From contig NC_058369.1 in assembly GCF_018350175.1 (NCBI RefSeq), forward strand, positions 14,138,001 to 14,202,000: a DNA stretch of 64,000 bases, read 5' to 3'. Source of the DNA: Felis catus. Taxonomy: Eukaryota. How positions within the stretch are numbered: the stretch's first letter is position 1; every line of letters starts with the position of its first letter. Positions 17,996 to 31,090 of the stretch are shown piece after piece. Below the pieces are notes generated by a model, which did not search any database, was not told the DNA's origin, and saw only the letters and a list, made by a program, of their open reading frames with translations. Made by a program: the position numbers and the translations under genes.

Positions 17996-18344
17996 TGGAA
18001 TCATAATTTGAAGACTTTTGATGGATACTTAGGGCCACACTGACTTCCATATCATGTATCCCACATTTCAGTCTGTTCCCAGCAGCAATGAGTGTGTGTG
18101 TGTCCATTTCCTTGAACATCTGACATTTGCAAATCAATATTAGAGACGTTTGCTTGGCACGATGTGGGTTAAAATCAGAGACTCCGAAGGAGGGAGTGCG
18201 GAGTGACTGCTTAATAGGTACAGAGTTTTCTTTGGGGGGAATAAAAATGTTCTTGAATCAGAGGTGGCGGTGGCGTGACACTGTGAATGCACTAAATGCC
18301 ACAGAATTGTATACTCGAAAGTGGTTAGGTGTTTTGTTTTGGTG

Positions 18345-18564
18345 TTTTTTTTTTTTTTTTTTAGTGTTTATTTATTTTTTTGAGATAAAGACAGAGCATG
18401 AGCGGGAGAGGGGCAGAGAGAGAGGGAGACACAGAATCTGAAGCAGGCTCCAGGCTCTGAGCTGCTCAGCACAGAGCCCGATGCGGGGTTCGAACCCACG
18501 AACCGCGAGATCATGACCTGAGCCGAAGTCGGACGCTCAACCGACTGAGCCACCCAGGTCCCCC
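18345..18564 (-). mobile_element. CanSINE inserted in an old L1 3'-end fragment
   Basis: SINE body; flanks resemble an L1M 3' UTR. Confidence 0.88.
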
Positions 18565-20029
18565 AGTGGTTAGTTTTATATAATGTGAATTTTAGCTCAA
18601 AAAAAAAAAATCAGAGGTGCCAACCTGGCATCCCCCAAACTCTGCTCAAATGCCACCTCCTCCAGAGACTCCCCAACCTCTCCCCCCATATATCTTCTAG
18701 CACTTTCCATTTGTCCTCTTATTGTCTTCATAACTCCCATTACTCCCCGGCATTGTTTCATTCATTTCTTTATTCATTCATTCACTAGCCTTGCTGGGCA
18801 CACAGTAGGTCCTCAGTAAGGACGGGTTGAGTAAATGAAAGCTTACGGAACGATAGTCACAACCCGATTGTTGGCTGTCCTGTCCACCAAAAAGGCCGGG
18901 CACGATATACAGCAGAGAGTGGGATCAGAGCCAGGAAAGGAAAAGCAAAATCCACCCAGAAAAAGGCAACTGGCAAGGTGAAGTGTGGGGCTCCAGGGGC
19001 GGGAGGTACAGCACACAGTTCCTATCTCCCCCTGCCTGTGTATTTCCCTCAACTTGTATCCGTATAAACAGCTGGAGGGCAAAGGAATTGTGTGCATTTA
19101 ACCACACAGAGTGTGGGAGGCGGCCTGCAACTCTTCCAAAGAGTGGCTCCCCAAGGTAAGGGAAAGAAGGTGTCGTGGGAGGTGACAAACTGGGGGTGGC
19201 TGTCACTGATACTACCAGAGGGAAAACGCTCATTTCTAAAGCACCTACCCTGTGCTGTCACCAAGCCCCCATGGGTGATTCCCCTTTGGCCTCACCACAA
19301 CCTCACAGGCCCATTTTGCAGATTAAGAAACTGAGGTTCAGTGCCGCCCTGGGACCCCAACCCACTGGTTTTTCCTTCAGCCAGCCCCCTCCAACCACAG
19401 CCTCTTTTCTGCGTCTCCCCTCCTGGACCAACTGAATCAACAAACCCAAACACTTCTCCAGAACCGGCTGTACGCTGAGCGTCCAACCCGCATCCTCCAA
19501 GTTCGCCCCTCTCAACAGCCCACTGTCAGTGAGTAAACTGAGGCAAAGAGGCAGTTAAGACGCTCGCCAAAGCTGACAGAGCTGGGAAAAGAGGGGCAGG
19601 GTTTTGAAGGGCGAGGTCGACCTGCACCCATCTTAGAGAGGGGTAAGCTGAGGTTCGGGGAGGTGAAGTGACGCGTCCGAGGTCACAAGCAAGAACGTGC
19701 AGGGGCAGATCTGGGGGTAAGGGCTGTTTTCATGTCCACTACATAGAGGGGAAAGGTGCGGCACAGAGATCAGCCGGGTGTCAGAGGCCGCGCTACTCGG
19801 GAGTGGACTTGAACCCAGACACTCCTGACGGGTTCTAGGGGGGCCAGATGGGGCGCGCCTATGCTGAGGCCTTGAGCAGCAGTGTGGGTTTCAAGGGTGG
19901 GGGGGCAGGTGGCGATGTTTCCCAGAACCACAGGATTGCCCTTTAGTGGGCGGGGTTGGGTGGAGTCGCGCCTGGTGGGCGGGGCCTGGGAGGGGCGGAG
20001 AACAGGGGTGCAGTTGAGGATTCGGAGAG

Positions 20030-20128
20030 CCAGCCTGCGGGTGGTCGCGCACCAATTGCGGTGTCCCCTCTGACAACTCCAGGGAGCGGGTGTAGATGAG
20101 GCTGCCGGCCCACGTGGTGGTTCACGCA
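20030..20128 (-). pseudogene. SEMA4-like pseudo-exon (CVNH../IYTRSLELSEGTPQLVRDHP)
   Basis: Matches CID....NYTSSLNLPDKTLQFVKDHP; frameshift after the first codons; acceptor reads AC instead of AG (20129-20130); 3' part not recognisable. Confidence 0.85.
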
Positions 20129-20579
20129 GTAGGAGAGGCGAGGAGGCCGCCGGGCTAAGCTCCTCTTCAGGGAAATGGGGCCGCGATCGTCACCCCCTGA
20201 CTGCGCTCCCTAGACCCTCTAAGCCGCCACATCTGACAAATGGCACGCCTTACCAGGGCCAGAAGGGGCCTTTCGTGCACCAGGGCTGGTCCCTTCTCTG
20301 CGCCCTGCAGGCTTCAGAATAAAGGCAAACATCTCTCCTTTACAACCTCTTTTCCCTCCACACTCCCTCGTTCACTCCGCTCCGGCCAGAGACATCCTTG
20401 TTGGTCCTCGCACAGGGCAATAACATTGTCACCCCAGGACCTTTGCACATGCTGCTCCCTCTGCCTGAAGCTCCTTCCCTCAGCTCTTCCTCCTGACTAG
20501 CTGTTCCTTCAGGCCACTCAGTTCAAATGCTGCCACCCTGGCCAAAGTAGCCTCCCTCCCCCGCCCCCGCCCAGTTTCA

Positions 20580-22109
20580 AATCCATGAGAGGAAAAAAGG
20601 ATGTTGGGCCAATTGCATAGTAATACAAAAATGTATAAAATTGGGTCCATACCTCACCAGGTGTAGTAGGATAATTCCTAATGGATCAGAGATGTACTTG
20701 TAAACACACCCTACAAGCACTAGAAGAAAATGTGTGTGTACTCTTCTGTCTGGGAATGAAGAGAGCTTTCCTAATGATCATTCGGAGCCCGGAAGTCATA
20801 AGGAAAAGGATGTAGGTGTCAGTGAACATGTAAAATAGAACAAAGGTTTTGTATGTCAACATATGTCATTATCAATGTGAGATGATGAATGAAATGGGAA
20901 AAACACTTGAAACCTATATTACAAAGCGTTAATATACCTAATATACAGTTTCCAAAAACAAATAAGAAAATCAACTACCCTATGTAAAAAAAAAAAAAAA
21001 AAGAAAGAAAGAAAAAGGCAAGAAATCACAGTAAATAAATGCAATTGCCTTGGAAACACGCTCTAATGAGAAATACAAGTTAAAATTACACAGAGAGTGC
21101 CCTCTTTGACCTTCTCTGTCTCTCCTTCCTGCTGCCTGGGATGCAGATATAATGGCTGGAGCTGAAGCAGCCATGTTGAGCCCGGTGTCTTTTGGACAGG
21201 AAGTTTCAGGAAGGATCTTGAATCTCAGAGGACTTCGTGGAACAGCCACCATGCCTGCCCTGGACCACGTACCTCTGAACTCTTACAAGAAAGAAGTTAC
21301 ATTTCCATTTTGTCTGGGGGGAAAAAATACATGGAAATAGGGGTGTGACCCTATATCCTGGGTGAAGCCATGGAGAAACAGGTGCTTTCGTTCATCGCGA
21401 GTAGGAATGTAAAATAGTCTAATGTCATGGTCAATGAAGGGAATGTGAAAGTGTGGAGCAAATCTGCATGTTCATTTGCCCTTTGAACTAGCCACTCCAC
21501 TTGCAACGATGTCTTCCAAAGAGATGTGTGTGAAATGCTTGGTTATAACAGAGACTGGAAACAACCTACGGGGGACACTTATCAGGATCAACCAGAGTAA
21601 TCCCTAAATATGTCACAAAGAGCAAAGCAAGGAAAAGTGCACGTAATATGCTATCACTTATCTAAAGGAGGATTACGAGTGTATATTTATTGCTTATACT
21701 TTAAATGGAAAAATAATCCTCAACACTTAAGAAACAGGATGTAAGGAGCAGTCTAAGGAGCTAGTTTCTCTGAGTTTACCTTGTTTTATAAATGTGACTT
21801 TGGGATCACGTAAATGTTTTGTATGGTTATAAAACGAAATTAAATGACAGAGGGAGAGAGGGAGGCAAAAAAAAAAAAACACTTGAAATAAAAATGAGAC
21901 AAATTTGGGGTACCTGGGTGGCTCAGTTGGTTGAGCGTCTGACTCTTGGTTTCGGCTCAGGTCATGATCTCATGGTTTGTGGGTTCAAGCCCCGCGTTGG
22001 GCTCTGTGCTGACAGCACGGAGCCTGCTTGGGATTCTGTTCCCCCGCCCCTCTGCCCTTCCTTGCTCTCTCTCTGTCTCTCAAAAATAAATAAATAAACC
22101 TTAAAAAAT

Positions 22110-22161
<52 letters not shown>

Positions 22162-22740
22162 TAACCTAACCCTGGTTTTGAGTTGGTAATTTCATGCCAC
22201 AAACAGGAATTACTTCAGATGACTTTAAAACGCGATCATTTGAACACCGTGCATGGTTCGCACAGCACATTCCCTGGTGAGCTTTACCCCAAGGACAAAA
22301 AGGATTACAAAGAAATCTTAAGCCGCTTTTGACAATTGTTAGTAATAATATTGATGTCGCTATTCTGAAACTACTGTGTTGTTTTGGATAAAGCAAACAA
22401 GTGATTTTGCTAATGTTCGCCAGCAAGATTTTCAGTGTCAGAGGAAAGGTACGAATATAAACGCAAGGCAGTTAAGGAAAATTCTGCAATCCTAAGTAAT
22501 TTTGGAAAATCAGTAGGAACACAGAATGGATTCTCTTCCAAAAAGGAAAAGCATGCTTTGGGTCCGTCCACCAAGAAGGTCTAGAAACAGGGACCGGACC
22601 TGTCGCAGTGAGCACCCCTCCTGCCAGCTCTGGTCTCACTTCCCACGAAAGAAGCCAGGGCTCCTGGGGGAAGAGCTGGTTCCATATCTGGGCAGGAGAT
22701 GGGTCAGAAGAGCCTGAAGTATGTTGTGAGACCAGAAGAC
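20580..22740 (+). mobile_element. Old, fragmented L1 (L1MC/ME-like) with nested CanSINE (~21907-22110) and (GA)n (22114-22158)
   Basis: A-rich decayed ORF2 3'/3' UTR-like sequence. Confidence 0.6.
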
Positions 22741-22811
22741 AAGGAAGCTTCTAAAGGTCATCGAGGGCCTGTCAAAGGGGCAAACGCCGACAGCCTCCTC
22801 TAGCTAAACGT

Positions 22812-22950
22812 GAAGGAGGAAGGAAGGAAGGAAGGAAGGAAGGAAGGAAGGAAGGAAGGAAGAGGGAAGGAAGGAAGGAAGGAAGGAAGGAAGGAAGGAA
22901 GGAAGGAAGGAAGGAAGAGGGAAGGAAGGAAGAAGGGAGGGAGGAAAGGA
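22812..22950 (+). repeat. (GGAA)n microsatellite
   Basis: Directly visible tandem GGAA array. Confidence 0.97.
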
Positions 22951-24764
22951 ACAAGACAGGGAGGGAAGGAGGGATTTCCTGGGCGTCTGATGGAAGGTGC
23001 TCAGAATCCTCTCCCTTCTGCAGTCTGGGCCCATGCGTGCCGGGCACTCCTCGGCATTCGGGAGCAGGAGTGTTTGGTTGCTTTTGCGCTCATCCTGCAG
23101 GGCGCACAGCCAGCCTGGACCCCCTTGTATCAGGAGGATTCTGGTTTTGACCCTCCCCGTTCTGTGCCTCTGGGTGGGCAAGGCCACCTCCCTGGAGCCT
23201 CAGCCCCCTGGGCCCATCCTCAGCCTATACCTGACAGGCCTGGAGAGGTGCCGCTGGACAGGTAGGGAAGCGTCTCTGGGCCTCAGTTGCCCCATCTGGG
23301 CTGCCATGAAGGGGCGGGGGTCCCCGAGGCCCCAATTCCCCATCTTCTCCCCAGTTGGGGGTTCAGCAGGGGCCAGAGAGATGAATCATCCCCTCTGGGG
23401 CAAGGGAAGGAGGAGCAGAGAGAAGCACTAGGAGATCTGCAAACTAAGACCTAAAAGAAGGCAAGACTCCCTTCAGCATCGATTAGGCACCAACTGTGGC
23501 TCCCAGGCCTCCCAGCTCCCCAGTGAAGACAGCAGCTGACAGGCCTGGACCCTGCCCTGGCCCGACCCAGGTGGAGGAGGAGGGTGGGAGAGGTCACAAT
23601 GATCACTATGCCTGTTTTTCCAAGAAGGAAACTGAGGCTCAGGGTGCTGGGGTTGCCCCGGACATCAAGCCAGCTGAGTGCAGGGCTAAATCCAGCCGAG
23701 TGTACCCTCACCCCTCACCCCTCACCCCTCACGCCCACCTGGCTGCTTCCAGAGGTGCCCGTGTCCAAACTGGGGAAGGTAGAAACAATCCACCTTGTAG
23801 CTGGGCCTCAGAAGGGGTTCTTATCATTTCTGGTCCCTTAGCTGCCTCCGTTCGTTTGTTCGTTCATTCATTCATTCATGCATTCACTCATTCATTCTAC
23901 AAATATATGTCAAGGCGTAACTACCTCATGGGTTTTGGGCTGGGTGTGGGGGATACAATAAGCGTCAAAGGCAAATATATAAACAAGGAGAGGTCACATG
24001 GCAATATGTACTGAGAAGGAAATCAAACAGGAAATGGGAGGTGACAGGGAGAGCATGGGGAGGGGGCTGTCCTGAGGAAGCGACATTTGAGCCGAGACCT
24101 ACCTGAAAGAGGGGAAGGAGTCAGGCACACTGAGATCAGGGGGAAGGGGGTCCCGGCAGGCACAGCATGTGCAAAGGTCCTGAGGTGGAAGGGAGTTGGG
24201 CATGTTTGAAGAAAGGAGCTGGGTGTGTTTGAGGAGCTTCAAGGAAGGTGCTGAGGCTGGAGCAGGGTGAACAAGGGGGAGAGGGAGGGAGAGAAGGCCA
24301 GGGAGATGGGCAGGGGCTGGGCCTCCTCCCAGGGCGGTAGGGAGTAAATGGGCTCTATTTTAGGATGATGGGAGCCACAGGCAACTTTTGAGGAGGGGGG
24401 TAACTTGGTGTGCTTTTTAAGTTCTCAAACGCTCCCTGTGGCTGCTTTTGTAGGGTGAAGGGACTAGGTAGCGGCAGGAAGCACAGAGTGTAACTGTGGC
24501 TCCATTCAGCATTGATTAGGCACCAACTGTGGCCCTCGGACCTCCCGGATCCCTGATCATCCCCAGAGCAAAGATGAGTTGGAGCGGCCTTAGGGGAAGA
24601 GACAGCCTACCTTTGGGAGAAGGGGGGAGCAATCATGAGACATTGGCCGGGGTGGGGAATGTTCTGGAGGGTGAGGGAGGGGAGGAGTCTAGGGAGACTC
24701 CGGGATGTCTGGGTTTTTGATGAAGACTCTTCTTGATTTGGGGAGACTTGGCGGGGGGGGGGGC

Positions 24765-24922
24765 ACTGGGCAGGTTTGAGAGTGGCCCGGGAGTCTCCCA
24801 TCCACATTTCCCAGGGGACGAAGGCACTGGACCTGGGCGTGAGCTCGAACTTCCACTTGGCAAAAACACGCTGGATCTTCCGCACGGGGAATGCACACGC
24901 AGCTAAGACATCCACCTTTCCC
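24765..24922 (-). pseudogene. SEMA4-like pseudo-exon ((W)GKVDVLAACAFPVRKIQRVFAKWKF...WEMWMGD..KP)
   Basis: Strong polypyrimidine acceptor with AG at 24923-24924, phase 2; matches SAVCAY....EEVFS.GKY...KWVRY.G.VP.PRPG. Confidence 0.85.
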
Positions 24923-25542
24923 CTTGGAAGAAGGCAGGAAAAGGAAAAAATAAGAATAGGTTGGGTCAGGGCAGGCAGGAGGCAGAGGGAGATGTTTCAT
25001 GGCCCCTGTAGGAAGGAAGCGAGTTAGAGCTGGCCTGCGCCTCCCCACCCTGCGTCCTTTGGCAACGCTCTAAAAAGCCACTGCATTTTGCTGATGGGGC
25101 AGAGTGTGCTCAGCCGGCTGGCCGTTAGGACGGGCCCACGGGGAATGTGGAGACTCTTCCGGTGTTGAGTCAGACGGATCTGGGTTGGAATCCCTGTCCC
25201 TTCCCTGGTTATCCGTGTGCGCTCAGACACGGAGGGCCTTTCCAAAAAATTGTTCTGGAGCAACCAGACATCCACGTGGGCCAAATCGGACCGCGATCCC
25301 TACCTCACGCCCTAAGCAAACTTTCAACCTTAGGCAAAGCCCTTTCTGAGTCTCTTCTGGGAGATCATCTCCACCTTGCAGAGCCGTTGGCTTCTATGAG
25401 GCACGATGCGTGCGTGTAAGACTAGGGAAATCTGTATAAAGTCTCTTGATTGTACGAATATCAACTTCCTGGTGGTGATGATGTATTACAGTCACGCGGG
25501 ATGTTGCTATCAGGGAAAGAATTGGGTCTCTCTGTATTCTTC

Positions 25543-27200
25543 CTTTTTTTTTTTTTTTTTAACGTTTTATTTGTTTTTGAGAGAGAGACGGAGACAGAGC
25601 ACGAGTAGGGGAGGGGCAGAGAGAGACACAGAATCCGAAGCAGGCTCCAGGCTCCGAGCCGTCAGCCCAGAGCCCGACTCGGGGCTCCAACTCACGAATG
25701 GTGAGGTCATGACCTGAGCCGAAGTCGGACGCTTCACTGAGCCACCCAGGCGCCCCATCGACTTTTGACTATTCTAAATAACACCTCTGTGAATATTCAC
25801 GTCCAAGTTTTTATATGAACATATGCTTTCAATTCTCTCTTACTTTTTACAACTGCATGTGAATCTAGCATTATTTCAAAATAAAACGTTTAACGAAAGG
25901 GAAGAAACAAAACGCAGACTTGCCGGGGCACCTGGCTGGCTCCGTTGGAAGAGCACGGGACTCTGGATCTCAGGGTCTTGAGTTCAAGCCCCATGTTGGG
26001 CGTAGAGCTTCCTTAAAACAAACAAAAAAAACTTGCAATACTGAGGGATTAAGATCCCCTATCGAAGATAACAGAAAATAATAAATATTATTTGGTAAAG
26101 TGGGGGACAACCTTTGTGAAGATAGTAGAATACATATAGCTATTTGGAACAGGATGATGTATGGGAGGGCCACACAGGAACCTTCCAGGTTGACCTGGGT
26201 GGTGGTTACCCAGGTGTGCCCATCTAAAAAATTAACCAAACCCCACACCTAAAATTAGTGCACTTCACGCATGTTCTTGGGTGTATGCCATACTGAAATA
26301 ATGGAGAAAAATGAAAAATGTAAATTTACATTTCACCACAAATTTGAAAAAATATTACCGGGGTGCCTGGGTGGCTCCATCGGTTACGCGTCTGACTCTT
26401 GATTTCGGCTCAGGTCATGATCCCAGGGTCGTAAGATCGAGTCCCGCGTCAGGGTCCACACTGAGCGTGCAGCCTGCTTAAGAATCCCTCTGCCCCTCCC
26501 CCACTCTCAAAAACGAAATATTAAAAAATATATTACAAAAAATGTGAATGGGGGTAAGGCAGTCCATTTAAGGGGAAAAATGAGGTAGATCTATGAGGAA
26601 AGGGGTGCACATGCATTCACAACGCAGAGTTGGGAGACAAAACAATTTGCAAATAATAAGTAACGCAGAATCACATTTTAGTAAAATAAAGTACACACAC
26701 ACACACACACACTTCTGCATCTGTGTGTTTATTCCTGGCAGGAAGCATGTCAAACTGTTCTCCAAAGGGCAGAGTGGGGGTTCTCTTTTTCTTCCACAGA
26801 ACTCTGTAAATTTGAATTTTTCACACTGAGCATATATTAATTTTTGTTGAGATATAATTGAAAGGTAACATTATATTAGCTTCAGATGTACACAGATTTA
26901 ATATGTGTGTGTATTACAAAATGATCACCATACAAGTCTAGTTAATTTCCACGACCACACATCCTTCCACAAATTTTTTTTCGGGGTGTCTGGGTGGCTC
27001 AGTTGGTTAGGTGACCGACTTCGGCTCGGGTCATGATCTCGCAGTTTGTGGGTTCGAGCCCCGTATCGGGCTCTGGGCTGACAGCTCAGAGCCTGGAGCC
27101 CGCTTCGGATTCTGTGTCTCCCTCTGTCTCTGCCCCTCCCCTGCTCATGCTCTGTCTCTTTCCGTCTCAGAAATAAATAAAACATTTTTAAAAAAAGATA
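25543..27200. mobile_element. Cluster of four CanSINEs (~25543-25756 -, ~25925-26030 +, ~26359-26520 +, ~26983-27200 +) among L1 relics
   Basis: SINE heads and tails. Confidence 0.85.
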
Positions 27201-28351
27201 AAAATGTCTGAGGCACAGGAACTACATTATCTCAATCTCCCCTGTGGCCTTGGAGGAAGTCAGCATGATTATCATCCTTCCTGTTGTACAGACAAGGAAA
27301 CTGAGGCTCAGAGAGAGGAAGCTACCTGTCCAAAGTCACACAGCCAGTGGGAGGAGCTGGGATTTGAACCTGAGCTGTCCGGGTCCAGGGTCTTTGCTCA
27401 TAGCTACTTGCTGCTATCTTTCCTCTCATGAGCGTTCACGGTCTGAAAAACCATAAAACTAGAGTTTAGCAGAGCTTCTCTCCAGGTGGAGGGACAGGAA
27501 AGCGATTTCTCTGCTTTTGGCTATTCCGCAGTTTCTAAATCGTCTGCAGTAGATGTGAAGTGTTGCATACTAAGAAAACGAAATTCAAATATTAACAGTT
27601 CTTGTTGGGGACGTGGTAGGTAATTTCTGTTTATTTTTCCTCTCTGCTTATCTCGTCGGTTGCTCTTTCTCCAGTGGAGTCACATTACTTGGATAACAAC
27701 AACAAGGAAAATAATAAGCCCATTTTTCAAGTGCTGGAAGGCAGGGCCTGAAAATACCAACAGAGATTATCTCTGTGCTGAGCGATTGTGGGAGAGGTTG
27801 TGACTTTTTCCGTTTGTTTTCTTCTCTGCTTCTTCGATTCTCCATCAGGAAATTGACCAACATTTTTATAATTAGGGGGAAATGATCCTGTAAAACCCTG
27901 GGGGCGGGGCAGCTACCCTGGGTGCACTCTCTCGCCGGGACTGGTCTCGAGCGTGGGGTCTCGGCCCCCCGGTGCCCAGTTTGAGCTCCTGGGGACCGAT
28001 GGGTGCAGGTGGGGGTCGCGGGCTCTGCATCTCTTGGAGGCCCCAGCACCGTGGATCTTTGAGCAGGAATGCTCTCTTGGAGCCTCCGTAAATGGAGGTC
28101 AGACTCTGTCACCACCCCCTCCCTGTGTTGGGGTGACGATGACGTAAAGTGATGTGGAAGAGGCATGGTTCCTCCTGGCCCAGGCAGCAGGTCAGAGTTG
28201 CCCCTCCCTGCAGCCCAGGGTTCCAGTCCAAAGCCGAGAAGCTCCCTGAGCTGCTGTTTCTGCCTCTGACAGTGAGAGACTGCCATGCAGCCAGCATGCA
28301 GTAGGCGTCATATTATTGCTCGCGAGAGGCATAGAGAGGATGCCCACTTAC

Positions 28352-28493
28352 CATGGCAGTGTGAGGATCCTGGTAAGAGAAAATATCTCTCTTGTAGGAC
28401 ATTGAAGAGGAAGCTGGTCTCGGGAGGGAGCAGAGGAGGCAGAGAGGAAGAGCTGTCCGCTGTTTCTGTGGGAACCGCTTCCCCGAGGTTTTT
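28352..28493 (-). pseudogene. SEMA4-like pseudo-exon (NLG/KRFPQKQRTA..LLCSL/PETSFLFNVLQ/DIF../TLPW)
   Basis: Matches DxGGxRTLQKKWTSFLKARLICSRPDSGLVFNVLRDVF...FTPQ; AG at 28494-28495, donor TG|GTAAGT (phase 2, completing Trp with the next exon); several frameshifts. Confidence 0.88.
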
Positions 28494-28889
28494 CTGCAAC
28501 CTGAGCCACGCCCCCGGCCTCTGTGTGCCCACCTGCACACGCTTTCCCATGTGTACTCCATGTTCTTGCACCACCCCCATTACCTTGCCGCCTGCCGAAC
28601 TCCTATTCATCCTTTGAAACCCAGTGCCGTTTTCCTAGGAAGCCTTCTCTAACCCCCCCAGGCGGGGCCCAGCCCCCTACTCTGGGGTCCCCCAGCCTCA
28701 ATTCCTCCCTTCAGCCTAGCCCTGGCCCTGCGGGGCTGGGAGTGTCTGGGTTTGGCTCTGCACTTCAGCTAGGGTAGGGTATCTTCGGGACGGAGGCCTT
28801 ACATGGGTCCGGAACCACTGGGCCTCGGGGGCCGTGCACAGAGCAGAGGCATCCATAATACCTGGAAACAAACGAGGCGAACGTAAGTG

Positions 28890-29142
28890 GAGTGGCACCA
28901 GATCCTGGAACTACCTTCTTTTTCGGGAAAAGTGCAAAGCATTCGTTTGTTTCCAGGCTCAATGTGGAGCACTGGTGACCCCTAATTTTGTAGCCAAGGG
29001 GAAGATTTGAAGGGAAATGGGCCTGCAGATAGATCCCCTGCGGGACGGGCTCTTGGGGACTGCCCCCAGGGGAGGCCAGACGGCCGTGGCGGCAAATACT
29101 CCTGAAGCTGTCATGCTGTGAGAGGCAGCTGAAGTTTGGCTC
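28890..29142 (-). pseudogene. Highly decayed SEMA4-like pseudo-exon (EPNF ... KKVV/SRI)
   Basis: EPNF at 29131-29142 matches the exon-initial EPxF; possible VVSRIARVCK relic near 28895-28922; acceptor decayed. Confidence 0.5.
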
Positions 29143-29693
29143 AGCAATGCACAGCTCGATGAGATTTCTAGTACTGAGGGCAACGGGGAGCAGGGCCCAG
29201 AACCAAGGAGGAGAGTGGGAATCACACCAGCAACTCCACGGAAACAGGACACAGATGTGCCTGGTCACCCGGACCAGAATCCCCCCCAAATGCACCTGCA
29301 CGGGAGGGTGGAGATACTGTGCTTGAGGCATTCTGGGGAATGCTATACGGCCATGAAAAAGAGTCCTCTGCCAGCCCGCAGCCGCGTACAAGGACCTCAG
29401 GGTCATTAGGCCGGAGACCTGTTTCCACCTCTGTGCGATTCTACCCCAGGCCAAGCTAATCCACAATGCAAAAATCAGTGTGATACACCGCCTTAGCCGA
29501 ATGAAGAAGAAACATCACAGGATCCATCACAACCGATGCGGAACGAAGCGTTTGACAAAAGCCAACACCCGTTCGTGGGAAAAAATATTCAACAAGTGAG
29601 AGAGGGTGAAGCCATAAAGAAAAGCTCACGGCTAACATCGTAGTCAGTGATGAAGGATGGAAAGATTTTCCTCTAAGATCAGGGACGAGACAA

Positions 29694-30044
29694 GTGTCTT
29701 AATCCATTCAGGCTGCTGTCACAAAGTACCATAGACTAGGAGGCTTATAAAAAAACAGAGCTTTATTTCTCACGGTTCTGGAGGCTGGAATTCTGGGATC
29801 AGGGTAGCGGCAGGGCCAGGTTCTGGTGACCACCCTCTTCTGGGCTGCAGACGGCCATCGTCACACAGCAGGAAGAAGGCAAGAGGGTTCTATGGGGGCT
29901 CTTTCATAAGGACACCGATCCCACTCATGAGGGAACCACCCTCATGATCTCATCACTCCCCAAAGTCCTCAATTTCTCATACCATCCCGTGGTGGGTTAG
30001 GATTTCAACATATGGATTTTGAGGGGGCACATTCAATACGGAAC
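29694..30044 (-). mobile_element. MaLR (MLT1-type) solo LTR nested in the L1
   Basis: tgtcttaatccattcaggctgct...ggatttcaacatatggattttgagggg termini typical of MLT1A. Confidence 0.8.
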
Positions 30045-30415
30045 AAGACTGCCCACTTTCTATGATTCTATGCAACTTAGTTCTGGAAGTCCTCTCCAGA
30101 GCAAGTAGGCAAGAAAAAAGAAAGAAAAGGCATCCAACTTGGAAAAGAAGAAGGAAAATTATCTCTGTTCACAGATGGCATGCTCTTAATATAGAAACTC
30201 CCCAAGATTTCACCACAAAAAAACCTGGGAGAGCATTCAGCAAGGTGGCAGGATACAAAATCAACACGTAACAATCAGTTGCATTTCTACACACTAACAG
30301 TGACAATCCGGAAAGGAAATTAATTCTGTTTAGAATGGCCTCAAAAGAATCAAATGCTTAGGAATGAACTTAACCAAGGAGGGGAAAGACTATACACCTA
30401 AAACCACAAAATATT

Positions 30416-30640
30416 GGGGCGCCTGGGTGGCGCAGTCGGTTAAGCGTCCGACTTCAGCCAGGTCACGATCTCGCGGTCCGTGAGTTCGAGCCCCGCGTCA
30501 GGCTCTGGGCTGATGGCTCAGAGCCTGGAGCCTGTTTCCGATTCTGTGTCTCCCTCTCTCTCTGCCCCTCCCCCGTTCATGCTCTGTCTCTCTCTGTCCC
30601 AAAAATAAATAAATGTTGAAAAAAAAATTAAAAAAAAAAA
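30416..30640 (+). mobile_element. Young cat-type CanSINE, TSD aaaccacaaaatatt
   Basis: Near-identical to the SINE at 356-582; perfect TSD. Confidence 0.95.
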
Positions 30641-30836
30641 CCACAAAATATTGCTGAAAGACATTTAAAAAGACATAAATAGATGGAGAGACCTCCCAAG
30701 TTCATAGGTTGGGAATTGTTAAGATGATGATATTATCCAAAGGGATCTACAGATTCAATGCCACCCTATCAAAATCACAAGGACATTTTTTTTTTTCAGA
30801 AATGGAAAAACCCATTCTAAAACTCATATGGGGGGA

Positions 30837-31052
30837 GGGCGCCTGGGTGGCTCAGTAGTTAAGCATCTGATTTCAGCTCAGGTCATGATCTCACGGTTCA
30901 TGAGTTCGAATCCCACAACGGGTAAACTCGAGCCCTGATTGGGGTGATCGTGAGCCCCATTTTGGGTAAAACACAAGCCTTGCTTTGGGTGAGCCCCACT
31001 TCTCTCTCTCTCTCTCTTTCTGCCCCTTGCTCACTTGTGCCCTCCGCTCTCA

Positions 31053-31090
<38 letters not shown>
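30837..31090 (+). mobile_element. CanSINE variant with internal duplication and (AATC)n tail
   Basis: SINE head, repeated gggt...gagccc segments. Confidence 0.8.

Noticed and set aside
20253..20303. Small AG/GT-bounded minus-strand segment near the DHP exon
   Set aside because: No semaphorin similarity in any frame, and no exon is expected at this position.
22772..23265. ORFs with (PSFL)n / (KEGR)n repeats
   Set aside because: Artefacts of the (GGAA)n microsatellite.
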